Positions 17,210 to 24,245 of a stretch of 24,577 nt of DNA are shown piece by piece. How positions within the stretch are numbered: position 1 is the stretch's first letter; each line of letters starts with the position of its first letter. Origin of the DNA: a virus (Duplodnaviria > Caudoviricetes). The stretch is from positions 1 to 24,577 of the IMG/VR virus record IMGVR_UViG_3300046063_000066. The stretch is one strand, 5' to 3'. Made by a program: the position numbers and the translations under genes. The notes under the pieces are model-generated. The model saw nothing but the letters and a program-made list of their open reading frames with translations. It was not told where the DNA came from and did not search any database.

Positions 17210-17515
17210 GTGACCCTCTCGCCGAACGAACGCCGGCTCGTCGAGTCGGTCGCCGTCCTCCGGCGCGAACTCGAAGACCGCAAGCAACGGCGCTCGACCG
17301 AGGGACCGCCGGTCGTCGTCCGCTCGCTTCGCGGCAGGGTAGGTGGCGAGGCGGTCGTCGCCGACGCGGCGCTGTCGGTCATCCCGCCACGGGTTCTCGT
17401 CGAGGAAGCGGTCTGTGACGGCGATCTAACTACGGAGACGATCGCCGATCCCGTGTTCACCTACGACGATCCGGATCGGGGATACGATCGGGGCGAGTGG
17501 AAAAACAGCCCGTAG
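17210..17515 (+). CDS. Small tail protein (hypothetical)
   Basis: GTG start; N-terminal coiled coil and C-terminal FTYDDPDRGYDRGEW. Confidence 0.6.
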   Translation: MTLSPNERRLVESVAVLRRELEDRKQRRSTEGPPVVVRSLRGRVGGEAVVADAALSVIPPRVLVEEAVCDGDLTTETIADPVFTYDDPDRGYDRGEWKNSP

Positions 17516-17547
17516 CGCCTCGACATCAGCTTCTTTCGATACAGATC

Positions 17548-17662
17548 ATGACCGACGAGACCCACCTATCGAGCGGTATCGCCGCGACCGATCAACAGAT
17601 CCGTTATCGCTACGACGGGTCGTCGTGGGTGGTGATCGGCGGGATCGGCTCGTCTGAAACGT
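17548..17662 (+). pseudogene. Truncated chimeric remnant of a tail gene
   Basis: MTDETHLSSGIAAT is a diverged copy of the N-terminus of 18414..19007 (MTDDTHLESGIAAT). It continues DQQIRYRYDGSSWVVIGG, then runs antisense into the HTH gene. Confidence 0.7.
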
Positions 17663-18151
17663 CTATCTTCCGGGTAACTTGCCCTTTGCTTTGCGAAGTG
17701 GCTCGGACACTGCTGAGTGGTCGGAGTAACCACACCGCTTCGCCCACTCGTTCCGCGAGTGGTCTTTGATCTCGACCCCGTAGTATGCCCACGCCTGCCC
17801 CGGCGACAGACCGGCTCGAAGGAGGGGGTTGATAACCTCTTCTGCGCCCACGTGTTCGTCGATGATATGATAGCCGTAGGCCGTGATGGCGTCGAGGTCT
17901 TGGATTCTCTGCGCCAAATCCTCGCCTTCAAGCGTCTCCTCCGCGCCGGTCGTCTCTTCGAGCGGTTGCCTCCCTGCCCCGTCCTCGCGCCTGTAGTTCC
18001 GAAGCCGGCTGTGAACCGGCTCGTAAGCCCACGCGCCCCACTCGTTGAGCCCGACGAGGCGCTCTTCCCCATCCGGTCGGTCCGGGTAGTCGGCGAGCGT
18101 GAATCCGTGGTCGTCGGTTGCGGTCTCGTCTGCTTCGTCGAGTTGCGTCAT
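17663..18151 (-). CDS. Putative transcriptional regulator with C-terminal sigma70-r4/LuxR-like HTH (162 aa)
   Basis: Start at ATG 18151. C-terminal LSPGQAWAYYGVEIKDHSRNEWAKRCGYSDHSAVSEPLRKAKGKL has HTH spacing. Confidence 0.7.
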   Translation of the reverse strand: MTQLDEADETATDDHGFTLADYPDRPDGEERLVGLNEWGAWAYEPVHSRLRNYRREDGAGRQPLEETTGAEETLEGEDLAQRIQDLDAITAYGYHIIDEHVGAEEVINPLLRAGLSPGQAWAYYGVEIKDHSRNEWAKRCGYSDHSAVSEPLRKAKGKLPGR

Positions 18152-18169
18152 TGGTCTTCTCGCCTTACA

Positions 18170-18217
18170 TGGTAGTAATACACCCACCATTATAAGCTTT
18201 TGGTTGTATTGCTACCA
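18170..18217 (-). promoter_or_regulatory. BRE/TATA promoter bracketed by a 13-bp inverted repeat
   Basis: The minus strand reads CAAAAG-CTTATAA. Arms TGGTAGTAATACA (18170-18182) and TGTATTGCTACCA (18205-18217) are 12/13 complementary. Confidence 0.75.
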
Positions 18218-18413
18218 ACCCAACAAGGCCAGGGTTGGGCGAATAGGCACTCAATAGGAGTTAGTCAACCTAACGCAAGGTTCTACTGAATTTTCGCCGG
18301 TTTGAGTTGGATTTGCCTGTCGATTGACGGATAGAGCGTCCCACGGGGGGGTATTGGGCTAATCACTACGCACGAGATAGTCACCACCCCATTAATCAAC
18401 CGCCAAACATCCC

Positions 18414-19007
18414 ATGACTGACGACACTCACCTCGAAAGCGGCATCGCCGCGACCGGCCAGCTACGCGTCCGCACCTTCGACGTCGTCGAACTCGAAGAC
18501 CGCGTCTCCGACTGGCATCAACTGTCGAAGCGCGATCGCATCCGACTGCTAAAGACCGGCAAGACCGACCCCGAAACGGACGAAACCCACTCGAACACCA
18601 CGACGACGGCGCTGCACACGAACATCCCACAGGCGCTCGTCTCGGGGTCACTGCCGGCGATCGACGTCCTCTCGCTCGGCGACGACTGGGGCGGCGGCTC
18701 GGAACCCTCGGATAGCGCTTTCCAGGCGAGCGACACGGATCTCAACAGTTTCGTCGATGCGTTTGACGCCGCCGATGGGGCAGGCGACGGGGCGACCTAT
18801 CTCGTCGACGTCCTGTTGGGGTCGCTCGAATACGGCGGGCAAACCTTTCGCGAGTGGGGGCTCCGATTCCCGGGCGGCGATCTCGCCAACCACGGCCCGA
18901 TCTACGACGGCTCTTCGGCGCTCGAAAAACAGGACGGCGAAGCCGCCCTGTTGACGGCGACGCTGACCTTCGGGGACGTCTCCGACGCTTCGGGAGGGTC
19001 GCTGTAA
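18414..19007 (+). CDS. Tail fibre attachment/collar-like protein
   Basis: LSLGDD...SDTDL...FREWGL...LEK pattern typical of tail-fibre N-terminal/collar domains. TAATG-coupled to the next gene. Confidence 0.6.
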   Translation: MTDDTHLESGIAATGQLRVRTFDVVELEDRVSDWHQLSKRDRIRLLKTGKTDPETDETHSNTTTTALHTNIPQALVSGSLPAIDVLSLGDDWGGGSEPSDSAFQASDTDLNSFVDAFDAADGAGDGATYLVDVLLGSLEYGGQTFREWGLRFPGGDLANHGPIYDGSSALEKQDGEAALLTATLTFGDVSDASGGSL

Positions 19008-20920
19008 TGGTTGGCGTGCTCGTCGAGCCCACCTATGGCCGGGCGGCCATTTCTCCTGTGTTGTCGTTGGCGAACGACTACTCGGGCGATTACGTCGTCC
19101 CCGACGACGAGGACGCGATCGCCGCGACCGCCGCGAGCGTCGGGGGCGTCGACGTCACGGCCGGGCCGCACAACGCCTTTATCTACGATTCGGGCAACAG
19201 TTCGGGATTGACCGTCCGGATCGACACCGGCGAGGCGTTCGTCGGCGGCCGATACCTCGTTTCCGACGACGTGAGCGCGACCCGCACTGCGGTCGACGGC
19301 TCGACGGTACCAGTTCACGACGTCGATTTGCCGGCGAACGCGACGACGACGGTCTCGATCGGCCCGGACGACCGCGCGAACTCGGTCGCGACCGACCAAC
19401 TCATCATCGGCCTCGATAGTGCGTTCCCGACCGGCGAGACGCCCCGCCTCCCGTTGTACGATTTCACGACTGACGGCTCCTCAGTGACGTCGGTGGCTGA
19501 TCGCCGACGGACGGGCAAAGCGATCGACGTCGCGTCGGTCACGAGCGGGTCGATCAACGGCGTCTACCAGCTCGACCCGACGGTCGCGGACTTCGGGGCG
19601 GCGGTCAACGCGCTCGTCGCGGAGATGAGCGTCGGCGACGTCTTGGAAATCCCACCGGCGAACTACGATACTTCGACCAAAGCACTGATCGATACGGAAA
19701 TCACGATCACGTCGCTCGGCGGCCATAGCGGCGCACACGCCTCGAAGCCCATCGTCACGAAACAAGCCGACGTGCCAGCGATCGAATCGACTGGCGGGAC
19801 GAGCCTACGGATTTCCGGTCTCGACGTCGAGACGGCTATTTCCGATACGACGCCGGGGTTTATTTTCCGGGGCAAGACGATCGGCGAACACTTGGGCGCA
19901 CGCGACGTCGGCGGACACGCCTTTTACCTCCGCCAGGACGAACTCAAACACAATCTCAATTACACTCATCTCGAAAACCTGAACGCCAACTTCTGTGACG
20001 GCGACGGGGTGAACATCTCGACCGCGGCGGGGGTCACGTCGAACACGAACGCGATGTACGTTCACCTCCGCAATCACAATCAAAACACCGGCTGGGGGAT
20101 CAACTTCGATCGTGGCGACCCTGGCGGCAACGTCTTCGAGATTCAACACGCCGCCGACAGTAGTAACGTATCGAACGGCGCGATGCGACTCGGTGGGAGT
20201 CGAGCGTTCGGCCGGGTCTGGTACGCGGGCGACGGAATCGATACCGGCGTACAGTTCGACGGACCCGACAACTATGCCCAGCTCGTTCACATCAATACCG
20301 ACGGCCAGGACGTAATCGACAACGACGGTAACAACTTCTGGGAGTACCTCTCACCGAACCGATCGAAGGCGACTGGGGGGCGCTTTCACTCCTCGTTTCG
20401 CAACCACTCCTTTGCCGGCCAGCCGGTCGAAGCGCCGGGCGTGATCGCTGATTCGGTGACGACGAACCGGATCGGCGGCGAGTCGCGCTACTACGCCGGC
20501 AACTATGCGTCGCTCAGTGACGCGATTTCGGCCGCGTCGGCCGGCGCGACCGTCGTTGCCCCGCCGGGTCCTATTAGCCAGGACTTCACGACGGGCAAGC
20601 GCTTCGCGCTCGAAGGGTCGGGGTCGGCCGTTGAAGGAACGGCGTTCGACGACCGGACGCTCACGTTCAACCGAACAGTCTTTTTGAGCAACCTTTTCGA
20701 GAGTTCGGGCACGGGCGAACTCGTCATCAACGGCCAGAACTCCCAACTGTCTAACTTTTCTCTTGACCCGAACGCACAGATTACCGTCAACGCCGATAAC
20801 ATCTCGCTCGTGCAGATCACGCGCGGACAGGTGACGTTTGCGAGCGGGACGTCCGGCGGCGTGACGGCGGCGTGTCCCGGGCTGTCGGTGACCGATAACG
20901 GGTCGAACCCCGACGCATGA
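19007..20920 (+). CDS. Receptor-binding tail fibre/spike with right-handed beta-helix (pectin lyase-like) domains
   Basis: Start reassigned to ATG 19007, giving 637 aa. N-terminal anchor (LTVRIDTGEAFVGG), beta-helix caps DFGAAVNAL...GDVLEIPPANY and YASLSDAISAASAGATVVAPPG, and N/G/D-rich rungs. Confidence 0.75.
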   Translation: MVGVLVEPTYGRAAISPVLSLANDYSGDYVVPDDEDAIAATAASVGGVDVTAGPHNAFIYDSGNSSGLTVRIDTGEAFVGGRYLVSDDVSATRTAVDGSTVPVHDVDLPANATTTVSIGPDDRANSVATDQLIIGLDSAFPTGETPRLPLYDFTTDGSSVTSVADRRRTGKAIDVASVTSGSINGVYQLDPTVADFGAAVNALVAEMSVGDVLEIPPANYDTSTKALIDTEITITSLGGHSGAHASKPIVTKQADVPAIESTGGTSLRISGLDVETAISDTTPGFIFRGKTIGEHLGARDVGGHAFYLRQDELKHNLNYTHLENLNANFCDGDGVNISTAAGVTSNTNAMYVHLRNHNQNTGWGINFDRGDPGGNVFEIQHAADSSNVSNGAMRLGGSRAFGRVWYAGDGIDTGVQFDGPDNYAQLVHINTDGQDVIDNDGNNFWEYLSPNRSKATGGRFHSSFRNHSFAGQPVEAPGVIADSVTTNRIGGESRYYAGNYASLSDAISAASAGATVVAPPGPISQDFTTGKRFALEGSGSAVEGTAFDDRTLTFNRTVFLSNLFESSGTGELVINGQNSQLSNFSLDPNAQITVNADNISLVQITRGQVTFASGTSGGVTAACPGLSVTDNGSNPDA

Positions 20921-20958
20921 GTCGGGACTGCCCACTACGTACGAGGGAGCGAGCACGT

Positions 20959-21306
20959 TCACGTCTCGGCTATTGACGGGCGGCCGAATAGCCACCACTT
21001 CGCCCTTACCCACGCGGGAGCATCACGACGCTCGCGCTCGCGGTCCTGTTTTTCCATCTCGCCGGTCGCGTATTCGACGACTTGATCGAGCTCCCCAGAG
21101 CGGCGGTTCTGTGCAGCGAGTTGGCGGCGGAGGTCCTCGGCGCGAGCGCGTTCGCTCTCGATCTCGGCTTCGAGCTCGACGACGTGCTTCGCCGTCTCCC
21201 GGACGGCTTCGGACAAGGAGTCGTAGCGGTCGGCCTCGACCCACTCCTCGTAGATCGTTATCGCCTCGCCGTCGAGCGATACCGTCCGGCGATCATACTC
21301 TGACAT
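20959..21306 (-). CDS. Ribbon-helix-helix (CopG-like) plus coiled-coil protein
   Basis: RRTVSLD...YDSLSEAVRE (RHH), a heptad coiled coil and terminal RAKWWLFG. Confidence 0.75.
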   Translation of the reverse strand: MSEYDRRTVSLDGEAITIYEEWVEADRYDSLSEAVRETAKHVVELEAEIESERARAEDLRRQLAAQNRRSGELDQVVEYATGEMEKQDRERERRDAPAWVRAKWWLFGRPSIAET

Positions 21307-21311
21307 CTGGA

Positions 21312-21370
21312 GTCACACGCCAGTCACACGCGATCACAGTATAGAAGTCAGTCAGACGCGCGTCAGACGC
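21312..21370. promoter_or_regulatory. Direct-repeat operator GTCA(C/G)ACGC x4 upstream of the RHH gene
   Basis: Copies at 21312, 21323, 21351 and 21362 (two pairs, 11-bp period) flank a minus-strand TTCTATAC TATA-like element. Confidence 0.7.
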
Positions 21371-21518
21371 TCGGGTCCATCTCAGTCCCATCGTCGTTCG
21401 AGTCGCGGTCGACGGGGCCCCGCCAGCCACACGCCTGGCAGACTTTGTGAGGACCGACATCGTGGATCTCGACGGCGACGAGATCGACGTAGCCACAGAT
21501 GGGGCAGGCGTCGTTCAT
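21363..21518 (-). CDS. CPxCG zinc-finger microprotein (51 aa)
   Basis: MNDACPICGY...VCQACGW; start ATG at 21518. Confidence 0.7.
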   Translation of the reverse strand: MNDACPICGYVDLVAVEIHDVGPHKVCQACGWRGPVDRDSNDDGTEMDPSV

Positions 21519-21519
21519 A

Positions 21520-21723
21520 CTAGATCTCACTCCGCCGGTGGCACTCGGGGCACTCGAAGATCGCGTACCGGCCCCACTCGCCCGGTTCTTTCTCGCCGAT
21601 CTCGCCGGTCGCTTCGAGCACGGCGTCGCAGTGCTCGCAAGTGTAGTAGCCATCGGGGGAGATGTACGCATCGGGGACATCGAACGTGCGGTTGAACCGA
21701 GAGAAATCGACGTTCTCACTCAT
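21520..21723 (-). CDS. Zinc-finger microprotein (67 aa)
   Basis: MSENVDF...CEHCD...FECPECH; start ATG at 21723 with an 8-bp overlap. Confidence 0.72.
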   Translation of the reverse strand: MSENVDFSRFNRTFDVPDAYISPDGYYTCEHCDAVLEATGEIGEKEPGEWGRYAIFECPECHRRSEI

Positions 21724-22120
21724 CGTAGGCCTCCTTTGCGAGCGAGAGGATCTCGGCGTACGGCATATCGAGGCGGTGGTAGAGCACCTGCCAGCTGTAC
21801 TCGCCGATCCCGTTGTACTCGTTACTCCTGGGCCATCGTCCCAGCTCGTCGCGAACGCGGGCGATGTCCGCGAGGACATCCTCGGTCGGGATCGGTATGC
21901 GGCCAGTTGTCGGGTGGTCGTCGACGATTCCTGCACGAACCACCGCCTCGCTGTAGCCGCCGAAACGATCGCTGTAGGCGGCCTGGCTAAATCGTCCCTC
22001 TCGAACCAGGTCGGCGAGCGTCGGCGTGCGATCGAGATCGTCGGCGACGCGGCGGATGTCCGCGAGGATCGCCTCGTCGTCGAGGTCATCGGAGCGCTCG
22101 GGGACGCGATAGTCACTCAT
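21716..22120 (-). CDS. Homing-endonuclease-associated repeat protein without a nuclease domain
   Basis: Two repeats (ILADIRRVADDLDRTPT...RFGGYSEAVVRAGI and VLADIARVRDELGRWPRSNEY...). Confidence 0.8.
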   Translation of the reverse strand: MSDYRVPERSDDLDDEAILADIRRVADDLDRTPTLADLVREGRFSQAAYSDRFGGYSEAVVRAGIVDDHPTTGRIPIPTEDVLADIARVRDELGRWPRSNEYNGIGEYSWQVLYHRLDMPYAEILSLAKEAYDE

Positions 22121-22308
22121 TCTAACTGTCCCGTTTCGGCGAGGTACTGAAAGAGGTGCGCCTCGTCGCAGAAACGGGCTCCCTGCTCGGGGTAGGCCAT
22201 GATCTTCCCCTCACCAGCCCCGACGTCGGCCCCGCAGAGCGCGCACTCGCCAGGGGGCTTGTCGTCGGGCCACGGCGGTCCTTGTTCGTCGGCGTCAGTC
22301 TCGCTCAT
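22117..22308 (-). CDS. Small metal-binding protein (CxxC...CxxxH)
   Basis: CALCG...FCDEAH; overlaps both neighbouring genes. Confidence 0.7.
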   Translation of the reverse strand: MSETDADEQGPPWPDDKPPGECALCGADVGAGEGKIMAYPEQGARFCDEAHLFQYLAETGQLE

Positions 22309-22756
22309 CGTCGGTCTCTCGCTCGATTTCGATCGTGGCGACCTGCTCAGCGAGGGACTCGACCTGTTCGGTCAAATAGCCCTCGACGTCGACCGACCGC
22401 TCGCCGTCCGACCCCATCCAGCCCGGCTGATCTCTGGCGTGGGCGGCGTCGAAGCCGAGCCAGCCTGCCTCGTCGACGCCGTAGGTCAACCCGCCATGGA
22501 CGTCGATCTCGCGGAACTGTGGGTCGTCGTAGCCGCCCGCGAGCGACGAGCGGACGTATCCGCAGTAGTGATAGGGCCGCATCGAGGCCCCGCCGAGGCC
22601 CCGCTCGCGGAGATCGGCGTCCATCCGCTCGTAGTCCGCCTCGGCAATCCTCTGGATACGGACGATTCGGCAGGGCCGGCCGTCGTGATCCCAGGCCTTC
22701 GCGACTGTCGCGCGGGGATGTTCGCGCGTCCCGACCGGGAGGGCGAGGTCACTCAT
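22295..22756 (-). CDS. Conserved viral hypothetical protein (CGYV / HGGLTY / GFDxxH family)
   Basis: HYCGYV...VHGGLTY...WLGFDAAH, a motif set seen in many phage proteins of unknown function. Confidence 0.75.
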   Translation of the reverse strand: MSDLALPVGTREHPRATVAKAWDHDGRPCRIVRIQRIAEADYERMDADLRERGLGGASMRPYHYCGYVRSSLAGGYDDPQFREIDVHGGLTYGVDEAGWLGFDAAHARDQPGWMGSDGERSVDVEGYLTEQVESLAEQVATIEIERETDDERD

Positions 22757-23090
22757 CGTCTCCTTCGGCGATCGGGATCTCGGTCATATCGTTCCACAGC
22801 GGCTCGTGTCCCAACTCGTCCCCGTCGTCCATCCGGTCGTCGAGCCACGCTTCGAGATCGGCCATCGACTCGACATCCATCGGTTCGGTCTCGATCTCGT
22901 CGTCGATCACGAAGCCGAGGTCCTCGCAGTGCTCACGAAAATGCTCGCGCGCCGCCGCCTCGTCGGGACCGGTCACGAGCATGTGGCCGAACTGCTCGCC
23001 CGCGTCGACGTTGTGTCCCTCGGTGTCGGTCACGGTCGCCTCGACGCGATAGAGGGCAGCTTCGGGGGCGTCGGCGTCGTTCTCAGTCAT
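22749..23090 (-). CDS. Acidic hypothetical protein (113 aa)
   Basis: Start reassigned to ATG 23090 (MTENDADAPE). Strongly acidic, with an 8-bp overlap to the next gene. Confidence 0.7.
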   Translation of the reverse strand: MTENDADAPEAALYRVEATVTDTEGHNVDAGEQFGHMLVTGPDEAAAREHFREHCEDLGFVIDDEIETEPMDVESMADLEAWLDDRMDDGDELGHEPLWNDMTEIPIAEGDDE

Positions 23091-23187
23091 TGGTTTCTCT
23101 AGGATCCTCTGATTTTGGCGGCACATAGATATACAGCCCGCGACCGATTCTGTGCAGCCAGTTGTGACGAACTGCGCCGTTGTCGTT
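23083..23187 (-). pseudogene. Remnant C-terminus of a second wHTH repressor
   Basis: In frame after the repressor TAA: NDNGAVRHNWLHRIGRGLYIYVPPKSEDPRETND*, which aligns with VEHDMVERRAAGLYELVEAPERDDG*. Confidence 0.6.
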
Positions 23188-23424
23188 TTAGCCGTCGTCT
23201 CTTTCGGGAGCTTCGACGAGTTCATAGAGCCCGGCGGCGCGGCGTTCGACCATATCGTGCTCAACCATTCGTTTGAGACGGTCGCTCGCGTATTCGCGGC
23301 TGATTCCGACGCGCTCCGCGAGGTAGGTCGGCGTCACCCGTCCGTCGCGTAGCTCCTCGACGATACGCCAGTCCGTGTCGTTCATGTCGTCGGCGTCAAG
23401 CACCGATCGGTAGGTTGCGCTCAC
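23188..23424 (-). CDS. Winged-HTH repressor (phiH1 Rep-like)
   Basis: MNDTDWRIVEELRDGRVTPTYLAERVGISREYASDRLKRMVEHDMVERRAAGLYEL. Divergent from the early operon; GTG start. Confidence 0.85.
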   Translation of the reverse strand: MSATYRSVLDADDMNDTDWRIVEELRDGRVTPTYLAERVGISREYASDRLKRMVEHDMVERRAAGLYELVEAPERDDG

Positions 23425-23500
23425 GGCATTACTAACTATTGCACCTTATTGTAGCTTACGGAGCGTGAGGTTCAAGTACCCGGACGCCGTACTGTAGCTT
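23425..23500. promoter_or_regulatory. Divergent immunity promoter region with direct-repeat operators
   Basis: AT-rich. Repeats ATTGCACCTT (23438), ATTGTAGCTT (23448) and ACTGTAGCTT (23491); TATA-like TTCAAGTA at 23471-23478. Confidence 0.65.
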
Positions 23501-23577
23501 GAAGCGGGAGAACGCCAGTAACTGGCTCTGGCCCGGCGCTATGGACGCCGGACCCGCTTCAGTATGGAGCCTGAAGC
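23500..23577 (+). ncRNA. Structured 5' leader RNA (three-way junction with an alternative hairpin)
   Basis: TGAAGCGGG(23500-08)/CCCGCTTCA(23553-61) encloses GCCAG/CTGGC and CCGGCG/CGCCGG hairpins. Alternative pairing GCTTCAG(23556-62)/CTGAAGC(23571-77). Confidence 0.6.
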
Positions 23578-24057
23578 ATGAACGCAAACGCCTCAGACGC
23601 AAATAGTAGTATCGACAGCGGATACCAACAGCCGCGCATCGAACGCGGGCGCTTCCGCCGCGCGTCCATCGAAGCGATGGACGTCGAGCGCGAAGCCGAT
23701 CGCCTCTACCGAGTCACCCACGACGGCGAGAGCTACCACGCCGACGTCGAGAACGGCGGGTGTACCTGCCCGGACGCCGAGTACCGCGGCGAGAAATTCG
23801 TGTGCAAGCACGCGATCCGGGCGGCACTCGTTGAGGTCTTCGCGAACACGGTGTCGAGCGAACTCGTCGCCCGCGTCGTCGCCTTCGCTCGCGAGCAGGG
23901 GTGTCCGGTCGACGGTCACGGCGGCCGCTGTGAGGGCCCCCTCGGCAGGACCGGCTCGCTCCCCTGTCCGACCTGTTGCGATGCCGTCCGCTCGCCAGGC
24001 GTTGACGAGTTCGACGTCTGGCAGCTCCTCGTCGTACCCTGCGAGGGCCAGCGATGA
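23578..24057 (+). CDS. SWIM zinc-finger protein
   Basis: CTCPD...VCKH SWIM motif plus a second Cys/His cluster (CPVDGH...C...CPTCC). Confidence 0.85.
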   Translation: MNANASDANSSIDSGYQQPRIERGRFRRASIEAMDVEREADRLYRVTHDGESYHADVENGGCTCPDAEYRGEKFVCKHAIRAALVEVFANTVSSELVARVVAFAREQGCPVDGHGGRCEGPLGRTGSLPCPTCCDAVRSPGVDEFDVWQLLVVPCEGQR

Positions 24058-24245
24058 GCACCGTCGAACGCGGCGCGCGACTCGTCGCAACCCTCACCGA
24101 CCGTGAGTATCGCGTCGGGTCGACCGACGACGGGGAGACGACCGTGTTCGCCCCACCCGAGGGCGACTGCCGATGCTTCTCGGTCGCGACGTCGGAGCTC
24201 GTCGAGGACATCGACGCCGGCCGCATCGAGGTGCTCTCGGCGTGA
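24054..24245 (+). CDS. Hypothetical protein (63 aa)
   Basis: ATGA-coupled to the SWIM gene; acidic. Confidence 0.7.
   Translation: MSTVERGARLVATLTDREYRVGSTDDGETTVFAPPEGDCRCFSVATSELVEDIDAGRIEVLSA

Noticed and set aside
18210-18245. AACCC...GGGTTG resembling a haloarchaeal CRISPR repeat
   Set aside because: Single copy, lacks the GTTTCAGAC/GAAGC ends and has no spacer structure.
18854-19006. Upstream extension of the spike ORF
   Set aside because: Overlaps 18414..19007 and is Arg-rich; the coupled ATG at 19007 is the better start.
17548-20920. phiCh1-type invertible tail-fibre locus
   Set aside because: No recombinase and no inverted fibre copy; the duplicated segment is in direct orientation.
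21499-23128. Several long plus-strand ORFs over the leftward operon
   Set aside because: Antisense to coupled, motif-bearing minus-strand genes.
23500-23577. tRNA gene
   Set aside because: Only two internal arms, no TTCGA T-loop and no anticodon arm.
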